In this document: positions 1 through 6,766 of the stretch, piece by piece
Position numbering within the stretch: position 1 is the stretch's first letter
Layout of the letters: each line of letters opens with the position of its first letter
Assembly (NCBI GenBank): GCA_028693335.1
Contig: JAQUVR010000011.1
Coordinates: 1 to 11,458 of the forward strand
Direction: 5' to 3'
DNA length: 11,458 nt
DNA from: Candidatus Iainarchaeum sp.
Lineage (GTDB): Archaea > Iainarchaeota > Iainarchaeia > Iainarchaeales > CSSED10-239
Program-made: the position numbers and the translations under genes
Notes under the pieces: model-generated
What the model was told of the DNA's origin: nothing
Databases searched by the model: none
Seen by the model: the letters and a program-made list of their open reading frames with translations, nothing else

Positions 1-9
1 TCTCCAAGT

Positions 10-936
10 TTATATTAATCCAAGCAATATTAGAAGAATTGCTTCTCTTACATATACTCCGTTTTCTGCCTGTTTAAAATATAAATTATATTTAGAATCA
101 TCTACATTTTTATCAATTTCATAAACTCTTGGTAATGGATGCATTACAAATAGATTAGGATTATTTTCATTATCTAATAATTCTTTTGTAATTGTATATT
201 TTTTCTTAAGTTTTTCAATATCTATTGGTTCTGCAATTCTTTCTAGCTGTGTTCTTGTTACATATAGTATGTCTAGATCTTTTAAATTTCCAATTGGGGT
301 ATCAAGTATTTCATATTTTATTTTTTTTGAATCTAATATTTTTAGATATTCTTTTCCAATTGTAAATTCTGGAGATGAAATGAATTTTATTATTTTTGGA
401 TTATAAAGTGAGATTGCTTCAACTAATGAATGAACTGTTCTTCCATATTTTAGATCTCCAAAAAAGCCAATACTGATATCGTCTAATTTTCCAATTTTCT
501 GTTTTATTGTAAATAAATCTAACATTGTTTGTGTTGGGTGTTGATTAGTACCATCTCCTGCATTAATTATTGGTTTATCTGTTATTTCGCTTGCAAATCT
601 GGCAGCACCTTCAATTTTTGTTCTCATTATAATTAAATCACTATATCCTGAAACTATTTTTATTGTGTCACTAAAAGTTTCTCCTTTTTTTATTGCAGTT
701 GTTTGAATATCTTCAAAACCAATTGTATTTCCACCAAGTTTTTTTGTTGCAGTCTCAAAAGACATTTTTGTTCTAGTTGATGGTTCGAAAAAGAGTGTTG
801 CTATGATTTTTCCTTTTAAAAGATCTGTATATTTATCAGGGTTTTTGTAAACCTCTTGAGAAACAGATAAAATATAGTTGATCTCTTTAGTTGAAAAATC
901 ATGAATGGATATTATGTTCTTTATTTTATGGTCCAT
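10..936 (-). CDS. pyrB: aspartate carbamoyltransferase, catalytic chain
   Basis: Minus-strand ORF with the ATCase motifs FFEPSTRTK (carbamoyl-phosphate S-T-R-T site), NQHPTQ, GDLKYGRTVHS, RTQLER and HPLPR. HPLP fits ATCase rather than the HCLP of ornithine carbamoyltransferase. Start placed at ATG 934-936 (MDHKIKN...) rather than the track's TTG at 951, because GGAGG (945-949, minus strand) lies 8 nt upstream of that ATG and the TTG overlaps it. Stop is TAA at 10-12. The last 9 nt before the window edge read ACTTGGAGA on the minus strand, an SD-like GGAGA that hints at a closely following gene (pyrI would be typical) outside the window. Confidence 0.9.
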   Translation of the reverse strand: MDHKIKNIISIHDFSTKEINYILSVSQEVYKNPDKYTDLLKGKIIATLFFEPSTRTKMSFETATKKLGGNTIGFEDIQTTAIKKGETFSDTIKIVSGYSDLIIMRTKIEGAARFASEITDKPIINAGDGTNQHPTQTMLDLFTIKQKIGKLDDISIGFFGDLKYGRTVHSLVEAISLYNPKIIKFISSPEFTIGKEYLKILDSKKIKYEILDTPIGNLKDLDILYVTRTQLERIAEPIDIEKLKKKYTITKELLDNENNPNLFVMHPLPRVYEIDKNVDDSKYNLYFKQAENGVYVREAILLILLGLI

Positions 937-944
937 TCTATTTT

Positions 945-949
945 CCTCC
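945..949 (-). promoter_or_regulatory. Shine-Dalgarno-like GGAGG for pyrB
   Basis: CCTCC on the plus strand is GGAGG on the minus strand, 8 nt upstream of ATG 936. Confidence 0.6.
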
Positions 950-987
950 AAGAAAATTTCTGTTTATTTATTTAAATTATCAAAACA

Positions 988-996
988 TTTATATAT
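988..996 (-). promoter_or_regulatory. TATA-like element (ATATATAAA on minus strand) in the divergent pyrB / surface-protein intergenic region
   Basis: tttatatat at 988-996, about 52 nt upstream of the pyrB ATG. The same 9-mer lies about 44 nt upstream of the RuBisCO ATG (6582-6590). A 9-mer of A/T is easily found by chance in this composition, so support is weak. Confidence 0.25.
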
Positions 997-1072
997 GTTT
1001 TTTGTATTATTATTATTAAATAGTAATGATTTTGTGTTAAAAAGTTAAAATTGCCTATTGGTGATAACAATT

Positions 1073-4000
1073 ATGAAAAAAATATTGATCTTGTTTTTTA
1101 TGTTATTAAATCTCTCTATAGTCTTTGGATTAAGTCCGAATTTTTTTAATAATAATAGTTATTATGATCAAGTAGTAGATCTTGGTGTGTCAGACACAAA
1201 TTTATCAGGTAATTTTTTAAGAATTAGTGTTTCTGATCAATCTCAAAATTATTTTTTAAATACCTATGATTTTTCTGAAGTTAATAGTGTTGAAGTTGTT
1301 TTTGATGTTTCTGTATCTTCTAATTTAATTGTTACTTATGAAACATTAGATCTAAATGAGTTAATACTAGAAACCTATGTTTTTCCTTTGAATCTAGAAA
1401 TAATAGATCTTGGAAATTTGTATTTGTGTGATTCTATTAATTGTTCTTTTGATGAAATTTCTAATAATTATTTTGATAATAATACAGGGGTTTATTTATT
1501 TGTTGATAATAATTTAGATGTTAATTATTCAGTAGATGTTTTTTTTAAAGAAAATTTAGAAAATTCTCTTTTATTTTCAGAAAAAGATTTATCTTTTCCA
1601 TATTTTGTTTCTGTTTCTGAATATGGGGAATATAAGTTGATATTAAATTATATTTTTGAAGATCAAATATTTAAAAAAGAAATTATTTTTTTTATAAATA
1701 ACATATTGCCAGTTTCAGAAGAATACTTAAATGAACCAAATCAAAACATTATCTTTTACGATTCAATTATTGAAGAATCAGAAGATCTAAATCAAAGCAA
1801 TGTTGTTGATAATAGCTATTCTTTGCAAAATAATGACTATGCGTCTAAAGATTCTAAAAACATAAGTTTTATTATTTTAATTTTAGCAATAATTGTTTTA
1901 ATGCTTTTTATTGTTTTTTCCAATAAAAGAAATAGACGAAAAGATAGAAAAATATCTGCTATTTTGTTTTTTTTATTTTTTTTAAGTTTATTTAATTTTG
2001 TTTATTCTGATCCTCAGATTACTATTAACCTTGAAAGAGAAAATAAAATTAATGAAATTTATAGATATTATAGAACACAAAACACCATTTCTGATGATCT
2101 ATTATTTATTTTTGAAATTAATAATGGTCAACCAGTAAATAGGATCATAGAAAATTACCAAATAATTCCATATGATACTGATGGCGTAAGAAGAACACCA
2201 ACAATTAATACCACTCTTGCTCATAGAACAGTAAATAATCAACCAATTTATTCTATTGAAAACAGATTAGACAGAGTATATTTTTTTAACACTGCAAAAA
2301 GAGGAACAATTAACAATAGAAATCAATTCTTTTCTTGTTTTAATGCTGCAGACACTTATTATAGATCTGTTGATGTTTTTGATAATGTTACAATAGCTAA
2401 TGAACAAGAAACAGTTAGAAGACTTTTTTTGCCAAGAACAGAATCTGAAGTTAAAAGAGGAATATCTACTAGAACAAATAACAACACAGAATTTTTAACA
2501 AATTGTTTTAATTTTTTAGTGCGCGAAAAAATAATTCTTCCATATGATATTTTATTATACACTAGAGTAGAACTTAGAAATATTCCAGAAAATAAAGACA
2601 CTTATCAATCAAATGAACAAATAATTTTTAATCCACCTTTTTTAAATACAAATAAACCAATTAATGTAAGAATTTCTTTTAAGAAAACACCGATTACAAT
2701 ATCTTCACGATATACTTTGCCTTTTGGTTGTGAAAATCAAGAATTGGATTATTGTTATCTTAATAGACAAGATATAGAATTAATAAAAAATCAAAGTGAT
2801 GGTGGAATTATTGCAACTCCAGAATATTTTCAAAGGAGAGCAAGATATTTTAATTTACTAAATCAATTTGATTTGGTAAAAAATTTTAGTGTAAAAAAAG
2901 TTGACGGAATAGATTTAAAAGAAGTTTTAGTTGCTGCTGCAATGAAAAGAGAAAATCTCTGTTTTTCTGAAGAGAATAAAGAATATAATGAAATAATTTT
3001 TGATGTTGCAAAAGCATATAACTTTACAGATGAACAAGCATTACAATTTTGGGCAATTGTTGCAGAAAAATCAAACTGTAATATTAATTATGATAGACCA
3101 AATGATGGGTTTTTAGGCCTTTCTCAAACTAGATTAGAAGATTATTATAAACAATATGTTGATTTAGATCCAAAAATGGCTCCACAACTAAAAGAAGAAG
3201 AAAATTTACAGTATTTAGTTTTGGGAGATTTTAGAGAAATTAACACAAAAAATATTGAAAAATATGGTAGAGATAATATAATTAGATTTGGTGGTTCTCC
3301 TGGAAAGATAAACACTATGTATTGGTATTATGAATTTCTTATTAAGGCAATTAAATCAAGTAGAGATAAGCACGGATCTTTAGTTTTATTTGCTGGTGCT
3401 GATTATTTAAAAGAAACGACAAATTTGGTTAATTTTTGTGATAATTATAATCGTGAAAATAATACTCAAAACAGTTTCTATAACTTAGACACTTTTATTT
3501 TAGATAATACAAAAAAAAATATGATTGGTGTGTTTGTTTTAGGAAATTTATTAGATCAAAAAAACATTTTAAAAACAGAAGAAATCTGTAAGAGTGTTGG
3601 TGAACCAGAATCTATAATTTTAGAACACCCTATACTTTATAATACTTTGACTGGAAATTATTGTGTAGATAATGGTTATGTTCCATCAGCAACATATCCA
3701 ATAAATAAAACAATTGCTGGTGTTACTTATAATGGGTCTGGTGCTTTACTTTACAAATGTCAAAACAACAGAATCTATAGCTGTATTCCTGGAACAACAA
3801 CAACTCAAGAAGTAGTTAGTCCCCCACAGGTTTTAAGAACAGAAATTTGTTCTGCTCAATCTAGTGTTTCTGATTTTAGGGTTAGAATTTCTAAGGAGTT
3901 TAAGATTTTAATTAATTATCTTGCAATAAAACAAAAATATCAAGCAAATAAAAACTATTTTGTGGAAAATGGTTTTTTGGATGGTCAGACAAATGACCAA

Positions 4001-4894
4001 GGCATAACTAATAAATATCAAGAATATTCTAGATTAAAACATAATTATCTTGAATTGAGAAAAGAAAATTATTTAAGAATTTTAGATACTCAAGATATTT
4101 CTTTATTAAAAAGAATTAATTCTAATTATTATTTTGCAGACACTTTAAAAAACACAAGATCATTATCATCAGCAACATCTGGGCGTTGTGCACAATTTGT
4201 AAGAGAATTTGGTGCAAATATTTTTACTTTAGATCGTTATCCTACGCCTGGTGCTTCTGCAGCCTGGACATATGACACAACACCAAGTGTAAGGCAAGGG
4301 TATAATTTAATTTGGGAATCTCCAACCGTTTGTTATAGTAAACCAGGAAACACAAGATTGTCAAGAAATACTTGTGTTGAAACGCCATCTGTTCAAAGTG
4401 AAACATTAGATTTAGATTTATTACCTGATGGTGCAATATTAGGGCTTTATGTTTGTAAACAACAACACACAAATAGTAGAAATGTAACTACTTATAATTT
4501 AGAATATACTCATGTTGGAACCTATATAGGCAAAGACCAACTAGGTAATCATTTGTTGATTCATATGGGCAATTCTAGAGCAATAGAAAAAATTAGTGAT
4601 TATACTTCATTAAGATGTGGTTCTGGATTTTATCGCCAAATATTAAGAGTTTATGTTCCAAGATCAACAGGGATAACAAGTATGGAACAATTAAGAGAAT
4701 TAAAACAGAGAAATTTATTACAACCAATTACTTGGGTAGAAAATATAGATAGATTAATTGATACCACAAACGGAGAAAATTTTGAAGCGTTTTCATACCC
4801 TGAATTAGATTCTCAAGATGATATTTATACTGAAGAAACTGAATCAGAATCTTTGGAACAAGAGAATAATGATGATTTAATTATAACAGAATAA
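1073..4894 (+). CDS. giant secreted/membrane-anchored protein: fusion of module A (surface-anchored domain) and module B (putative dual cell-wall hydrolase); hypothetical
   Basis: Uninterrupted 1278-codon ORF in the track (TTG 1058). I prefer ATG 1073 (MKKILILFFMLLNLSIVFG/LSPN, a classic signal peptide) because GGTGA at 1060-1064 lies 8 nt upstream. Stop TAA at 4892-4894 is followed directly by T6 (4895-4900). Residues 1-317 (track numbering) are paralogous to the 7697..8671 product and residues 318-1278 to the 8661..>11458 product; the shared blocks are listed in the findings. Confidence 0.88.
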   Translation: MKKILILFFMLLNLSIVFGLSPNFFNNNSYYDQVVDLGVSDTNLSGNFLRISVSDQSQNYFLNTYDFSEVNSVEVVFDVSVSSNLIVTYETLDLNELILETYVFPLNLEIIDLGNLYLCDSINCSFDEISNNYFDNNTGVYLFVDNNLDVNYSVDVFFKENLENSLLFSEKDLSFPYFVSVSEYGEYKLILNYIFEDQIFKKEIIFFINNILPVSEEYLNEPNQNIIFYDSIIEESEDLNQSNVVDNSYSLQNNDYASKDSKNISFIILILAIIVLMLFIVFSNKRNRRKDRKISAILFFLFFLSLFNFVYSDPQITINLERENKINEIYRYYRTQNTISDDLLFIFEINNGQPVNRIIENYQIIPYDTDGVRRTPTINTTLAHRTVNNQPIYSIENRLDRVYFFNTAKRGTINNRNQFFSCFNAADTYYRSVDVFDNVTIANEQETVRRLFLPRTESEVKRGISTRTNNNTEFLTNCFNFLVREKIILPYDILLYTRVELRNIPENKDTYQSNEQIIFNPPFLNTNKPINVRISFKKTPITISSRYTLPFGCENQELDYCYLNRQDIELIKNQSDGGIIATPEYFQRRARYFNLLNQFDLVKNFSVKKVDGIDLKEVLVAAAMKRENLCFSEENKEYNEIIFDVAKAYNFTDEQALQFWAIVAEKSNCNINYDRPNDGFLGLSQTRLEDYYKQYVDLDPKMAPQLKEEENLQYLVLGDFREINTKNIEKYGRDNIIRFGGSPGKINTMYWYYEFLIKAIKSSRDKHGSLVLFAGADYLKETTNLVNFCDNYNRENNTQNSFYNLDTFILDNTKKNMIGVFVLGNLLDQKNILKTEEICKSVGEPESIILEHPILYNTLTGNYCVDNGYVPSATYPINKTIAGVTYNGSGALLYKCQNNRIYSCIPGTTTTQEVVSPPQVLRTEICSAQSSVSDFRVRISKEFKILINYLAIKQKYQANKNYFVENGFLDGQTNDQGITNKYQEYSRLKHNYLELRKENYLRILDTQDISLLKRINSNYYFADTLKNTRSLSSATSGRCAQFVREFGANIFTLDRYPTPGASAAWTYDTTPSVRQGYNLIWESPTVCYSKPGNTRLSRNTCVETPSVQSETLDLDLLPDGAILGLYVCKQQHTNSRNVTTYNLEYTHVGTYIGKDQLGNHLLIHMGNSRAIEKISDYTSLRCGSGFYRQILRVYVPRSTGITSMEQLRELKQRNLLQPITWVENIDRLIDTTNGENFEAFSYPELDSQDDIYTEETESESLEQENNDDLIITE
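1862..2008 (+). other. fusion joint: TM anchor of module A, basic loop, then the former signal peptide of module B
   Basis: ISFIILILAIIVLMLFIVFS (1862-1921), NKRNRRKDRK (1922-1951), ISAILFFLFFLSLFNFVYS (1952-2008), followed by DPQ. This mirrors the split pair, where A ends WFFVVGFVVFILVIWFLSNL-KKPKQNRRIIRKEYEK and B starts MKNNKLFFLFLLIFIFTQEVYA-IPQ. Confidence 0.7.
2993..3127 (+). other. lytic transglycosylase (SLT)/lysozyme-like motif region, fused copy
   Basis: IIFDVAKAYNFTDEQALQFWAIVAEKSNCNINYDRPNDGFLGLSQ resembles the family-1 SLT pattern (A-x-x-Y-x-x-D-x-x-L-L-x-A-I-x-x-x-E-S-x-x-N-P ... G-x-x-G-L-M-Q). Candidate catalytic Glu670 is at 3065-3067. It deviates from the canon in reading E-K-S instead of E-S. 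Recognised by eye only. Confidence 0.5.
3662..3850 (+). other. 63-aa cysteine-rich cassette, fused copy (Cys869-Cys931)
   Basis: CVDNGYVPSATYPINKTIAGVTYNGSGALLYKCQNNRIYSCIPGTTTTQEVVSPPQVLRTEIC aligns with compensating single-residue gaps to the split-copy cassette at 9879-10067. Shared positions: C, D, GY, S, YP, G, G, YKC, R, C-x-P, V, L, EIC. Confidence 0.7.
4172..4666 (+). other. NlpC/P60-CHAP-like papain-fold peptidase/amidase motif set, fused copy
   Basis: SGRCAQFV (Cys1044, 4187-4189) resembles the nucleophile motif (DCSGFV in NlpC/P60, QC-x-x-fV in CHAP). LLPDGAILGLY ... EYTHVGTYIGKDQLGNHLLIHMG resembles L-x-pGDlvff ... HVGIYIG-x-g-x-x-IHa, with His1152 at 4511-4513 and His1169 at 4562-4564. 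The Cys-to-His spacing of 108 residues is longer than typical and contains a Cys-bearing insert. Confidence 0.5.
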
Positions 4895-4914
4895 TTTTTT
4901 AATAATGATCATTT

Positions 4915-5067
4915 ATGACTAAAGGAACAAAAATGTTAATCTCTGGAATAACTAAAAAAAATATTAAGCCTGCAAAAAAAATAGACAAAAAAACTTTTAA
5001 TGATATAAAAGCACTTTTAGAATCTGCCAGAGAATCTTTTAATAAAAATCAAAATAAAAGAAATTGA
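4915..5067 (+). CDS. possible small lysine-rich protein (50 aa, or 44 aa from ATG 4933); hypothetical
   Basis: Not in the ORF track (too short). Translation is MTKGTKMLISGITKKNIKPAKKIDKKTFNDIKALLESARESFNKNQNKRN, with stop TGA at 5065-5067. The in-frame ATG at 4933 has AAGGA (4922-4926) 6 nt upstream. It fills most of the gap between convergent genes. In A-rich DNA an open Lys-rich frame of this length can arise by chance. Confidence 0.25.
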   Translation: MTKGTKMLISGITKKNIKPAKKIDKKTFNDIKALLESARESFNKNQNKRN

Positions 5068-5088
5068 GAAAAAATTAATTTTTCTCAG
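5065..5088. terminator. perfect 24-bp palindrome between convergent genes (candidate bidirectional terminator)
   Basis: tgagaaaaaatt|aattttttctca is exactly self-complementary. It contains the TGA of the small plus-strand ORF (5065-5067) and the TAA of RuBisCO on the minus strand (5075-5077). It presents a T6 run to transcription from either direction. The stem is AT-rich and therefore weak. Confidence 0.35.
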
Positions 5089-6538
5089 TATTAAGTGCTC
5101 TTTCTATTTCAGAACATTTTTTCTTACTAAAAAAGTCTATTGCTTCTTTTAGTTCAACATGGTCTTTTGCATACTCTTCTATAGAAATACCTTTTTTATA
5201 TGCCTCACATGCTTGAACTAAAGCTCTGGCACCCTCTTGTGTTCCTTTTGGATGAGCATGACAACCAGCGCCCATAGTGGTTATAAAGTCTACTGAGCCC
5301 ATAACATCTATAAATGGTTTTAGTAATGTAGGATTTAGTCCACCAGAAATTATAGGTGCACATTTTTTTACTCCTCTCCAAGAATCGTCTTTTAAGATAA
5401 CGTGGCCAACAGAATCTTCTTGAACTAATTTTACAGAATCTTTGTCATCTTCTGGTATCTTTGACCAAGATTGATCAAAGAAATGACCAGTTGCAGAAAA
5501 ATCTAAAATTCCATCAGCAGCAGTGACATCTTCTTTAGGGGTTCCGTCCATTTTTCCAACACCAGCAGTTCCAGTGTGTATTCCTGATGCTCCTGCAAGT
5601 CTTGCAAATTTAGATAGAACTAAAACAGAAAAACCAAATGGATTTTCTGGTCTTGTAAATGCTCCGTGTGCTGCTCTATGGAAATGTATAAATACATTTG
5701 GATATCTTCTTCTTAATGTTTGAACAGCCATCCATCCAGCAGTAATTCCATCAATTAAGAAAGCATATGATCCTTCTTCAAATCCAGCATTTATGATCAT
5801 TTCACATCTATTGATCATGGTGTCAAAATCTGATGCTGAAACATTAAATGAATGAACTTTTTTTTGTCCTGTTTCTTTTACTGCTTTATCCATAGCTTCT
5901 TTTACATGTTTAACCATTTTTTCATAAGGGCAGAAATCTTGATCTGCTTGTGGTTCATCATTCTTAACAAAATCTCCACCACCAACCCAAAAATCATAGG
6001 CAACTTCTGCATATTCTGCACTTGTTAGTCCCATCTTTGGTTTTACTATTGTACCTAATATTGGTCTATCATAAACACCAAGATATTTTCTCATATCATC
6101 AAGAGTGTAACTAGGTCCATCAAATTGTTCTAACATTGCTGGAGAGAACCAAACATCTAATAGTTTTAGGGCTGACACTTCTTTCATTCCTAAAACATTT
6201 CCAACAACATAGGTTAAAATATTTTGAACATTTCCAATCCTGTCAAACAATCTCCATGGAAAAGCTATCCAAACAAGATTTTTTTCTAAATCTAGTTTGT
6301 ATACTAAAGCATTCATTTCTCTTGAAAATGCAGTTTCAGTTTTTACCTTAAAATTAGTTCCTGTTGATGACTCTGCTGCAACTTCTGCTGCTGCTTGTAA
6401 GATGTTTAATGATCCTCCTGGTAAAAGATGGAATATACATAACATATATTCTCCATTTTTAACATTTGGAATCTCAAAATTAACATAAGCTTTTTGTTTA
6501 TCATTTAATGATTCATATAATTCTTTTTCTGTTAACAT
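5075..6538 (-). CDS. rbcL: ribulose-1,5-bisphosphate carboxylase/oxygenase large subunit, long form II/III-like type
   Basis: 487-aa ORF with the full RuBisCO active-site set (spinach equivalents in brackets). AAESSTGT has Glu56 (E60) and YVVGNV has Asn114 (N123). TIVKPKMG has K166/K168 (K175/K177). VKNDE has K192/D194/E195 (carbamylated K201, D203, E204), with the K192 codon at 5963-5965. HFHRAAH has H287/R288/H291 (H294/R295/H298). GIHTGT has H321 (H327) and GKM has K329 (K334). ISGGL has S398-G399-G400 (S379-G381), and TMGAG follows. GGAGGAG (6544-6550, minus strand) lies 5 nt upstream of ATG 6538. Confidence 0.93.
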   Translation of the reverse strand: MLTEKELYESLNDKQKAYVNFEIPNVKNGEYMLCIFHLLPGGSLNILQAAAEVAAESSTGTNFKVKTETAFSREMNALVYKLDLEKNLVWIAFPWRLFDRIGNVQNILTYVVGNVLGMKEVSALKLLDVWFSPAMLEQFDGPSYTLDDMRKYLGVYDRPILGTIVKPKMGLTSAEYAEVAYDFWVGGGDFVKNDEPQADQDFCPYEKMVKHVKEAMDKAVKETGQKKVHSFNVSASDFDTMINRCEMIINAGFEEGSYAFLIDGITAGWMAVQTLRRRYPNVFIHFHRAAHGAFTRPENPFGFSVLVLSKFARLAGASGIHTGTAGVGKMDGTPKEDVTAADGILDFSATGHFFDQSWSKIPEDDKDSVKLVQEDSVGHVILKDDSWRGVKKCAPIISGGLNPTLLKPFIDVMGSVDFITTMGAGCHAHPKGTQEGARALVQACEAYKKGISIEEYAKDHVELKEAIDFFSKKKCSEIERALNTEKN

Positions 6539-6543
6539 TTTTT

Positions 6544-6550
6544 CTCCTCC
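6544..6550 (-). promoter_or_regulatory. Shine-Dalgarno GGAGGAG for rbcL
   Basis: ctcctcc on the plus strand, 5 nt from the start codon. Confidence 0.65.
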
Positions 6551-6581
6551 ATAAAATAATATAGATAAGAAGTAAGAAGTC

Positions 6582-6590
6582 TTTATATAT
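6582..6590 (-). promoter_or_regulatory. TATA-like element (ATATATAAA on minus strand) upstream of rbcL
   Basis: tttatatat at 6582-6590, about 44 nt upstream of ATG 6538. This would leave a leader of roughly 20 nt carrying the SD. Same 9-mer as upstream of pyrB. Weak support given the composition. Confidence 0.25.
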
Positions 6591-6745
6591 TTTTGTTTTT
6601 AATTAAAAAAAACAGATCTGATTTTTAAACATTTCCATCTTATAGTTTTATAGTAAAATAAATTTACTAATTTTATTGCTGTTAAAGGTATTTTTTAACC
6701 GCAAACAACAGATTTTTGCCTTTTTTTAAGAAATCTGTGAATGTA

Positions 6746-6755
6746 AGGAGAGGAG
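6746..6755 (+). promoter_or_regulatory. Shine-Dalgarno-like AGGAGAGGAG
   Basis: Purine-rich double GGAG, 11 nt upstream of ATG 6767. Confidence 0.5.
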
Positions 6756-6766
6756 TGTTTTTAGGT

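Noticed and set aside
1058-1072. Non-ATG starts used by the ORF track: TTG 1058 for the giant protein, TTG 951 (minus strand) for pyrB and TTG 6716 for the small secreted protein.
   Set aside because: In each case an in-frame ATG a few codons downstream is preceded by an SD-like purine motif at 8-11 nt and begins a canonical N-terminus (signal peptide, or the ATCase N-terminus). The upstream TTGs overlap or precede those ribosome-binding sites.
1940-1951. Apparent nucleotide similarity between the fusion joint (gatagaaaaata) and the split-pair overlap (gaatatgaaaaata), which might have shown the exact indels that fused or split the genes.
   Set aside because: When codon phases are tracked, the aligned bases are not in corresponding frames and more indels must be invoked. 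The match is mostly an A-run. The direction of the event (fusion versus fission) cannot be decided from this window.
2359-2601. Short ORFs in the track that lie antisense to, or out of frame inside, long genes: 2359..2601, 4242..4472, 5523..5723, 6136..6351, 6297..6488, 7200..7388 and 7444..7632.
   Set aside because: Each lies wholly inside a much longer ORF with recognisable motifs or paralog support. Their translations are low-complexity, have no motifs, and have no SD or promoter signal. They are most likely chance open frames.
2996-3019. Exact nucleotide identities between the paralogs: a 24-nt run (2996-3019 = 9657-9680, encoding IFDVAKAY) and a 22-nt run around 3907-3928 / 10604-10625 (encoding LINYLAI). 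These were considered as possible template/variable repeats of a diversity-generating retroelement or as recent gene conversion.
   Set aside because: The runs coincide with the most conserved peptide blocks. In this AT-rich genome nearly every residue has one dominant codon, so identical peptides give identical DNA. Identity collapses immediately outside the blocks. There is no adenine-specific mismatch pattern and no reverse transcriptase in the window.
1073-4894. A high density of N-x-S/T sequons in the surface proteins, considered as evidence for heavy N-glycosylation.
   Set aside because: Asn, Ser and Thr are strongly over-represented simply because of the AT-rich codon bias. Sequon frequency cannot be separated from composition without a computed expectation.
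5075-6538. The possibility that the RuBisCO homolog is a non-carboxylating RuBisCO-like protein (form IV).
   Set aside because: The carbamylated Lys (KNDE), both VKPK lysines, the HFHR motif, the GIH histidine, the GKM lysine and the SGG motif are all present. Form IV proteins characteristically lack several of these.
6708-6738. Inverted repeat acagattt ... aaatctgt (8-bp stem, 15-nt loop) in the leader of the small secreted protein gene; also the cagatctg palindrome near 6614-6621 and the short direct repeats taagaag x2 and ttatagt x2 in the same intergenic region.
   Set aside because: These are short, AT-rich and of a size expected by chance in 230 nt of low-complexity spacer. They show no resemblance to a known riboswitch or operator and do not recur elsewhere in the window.
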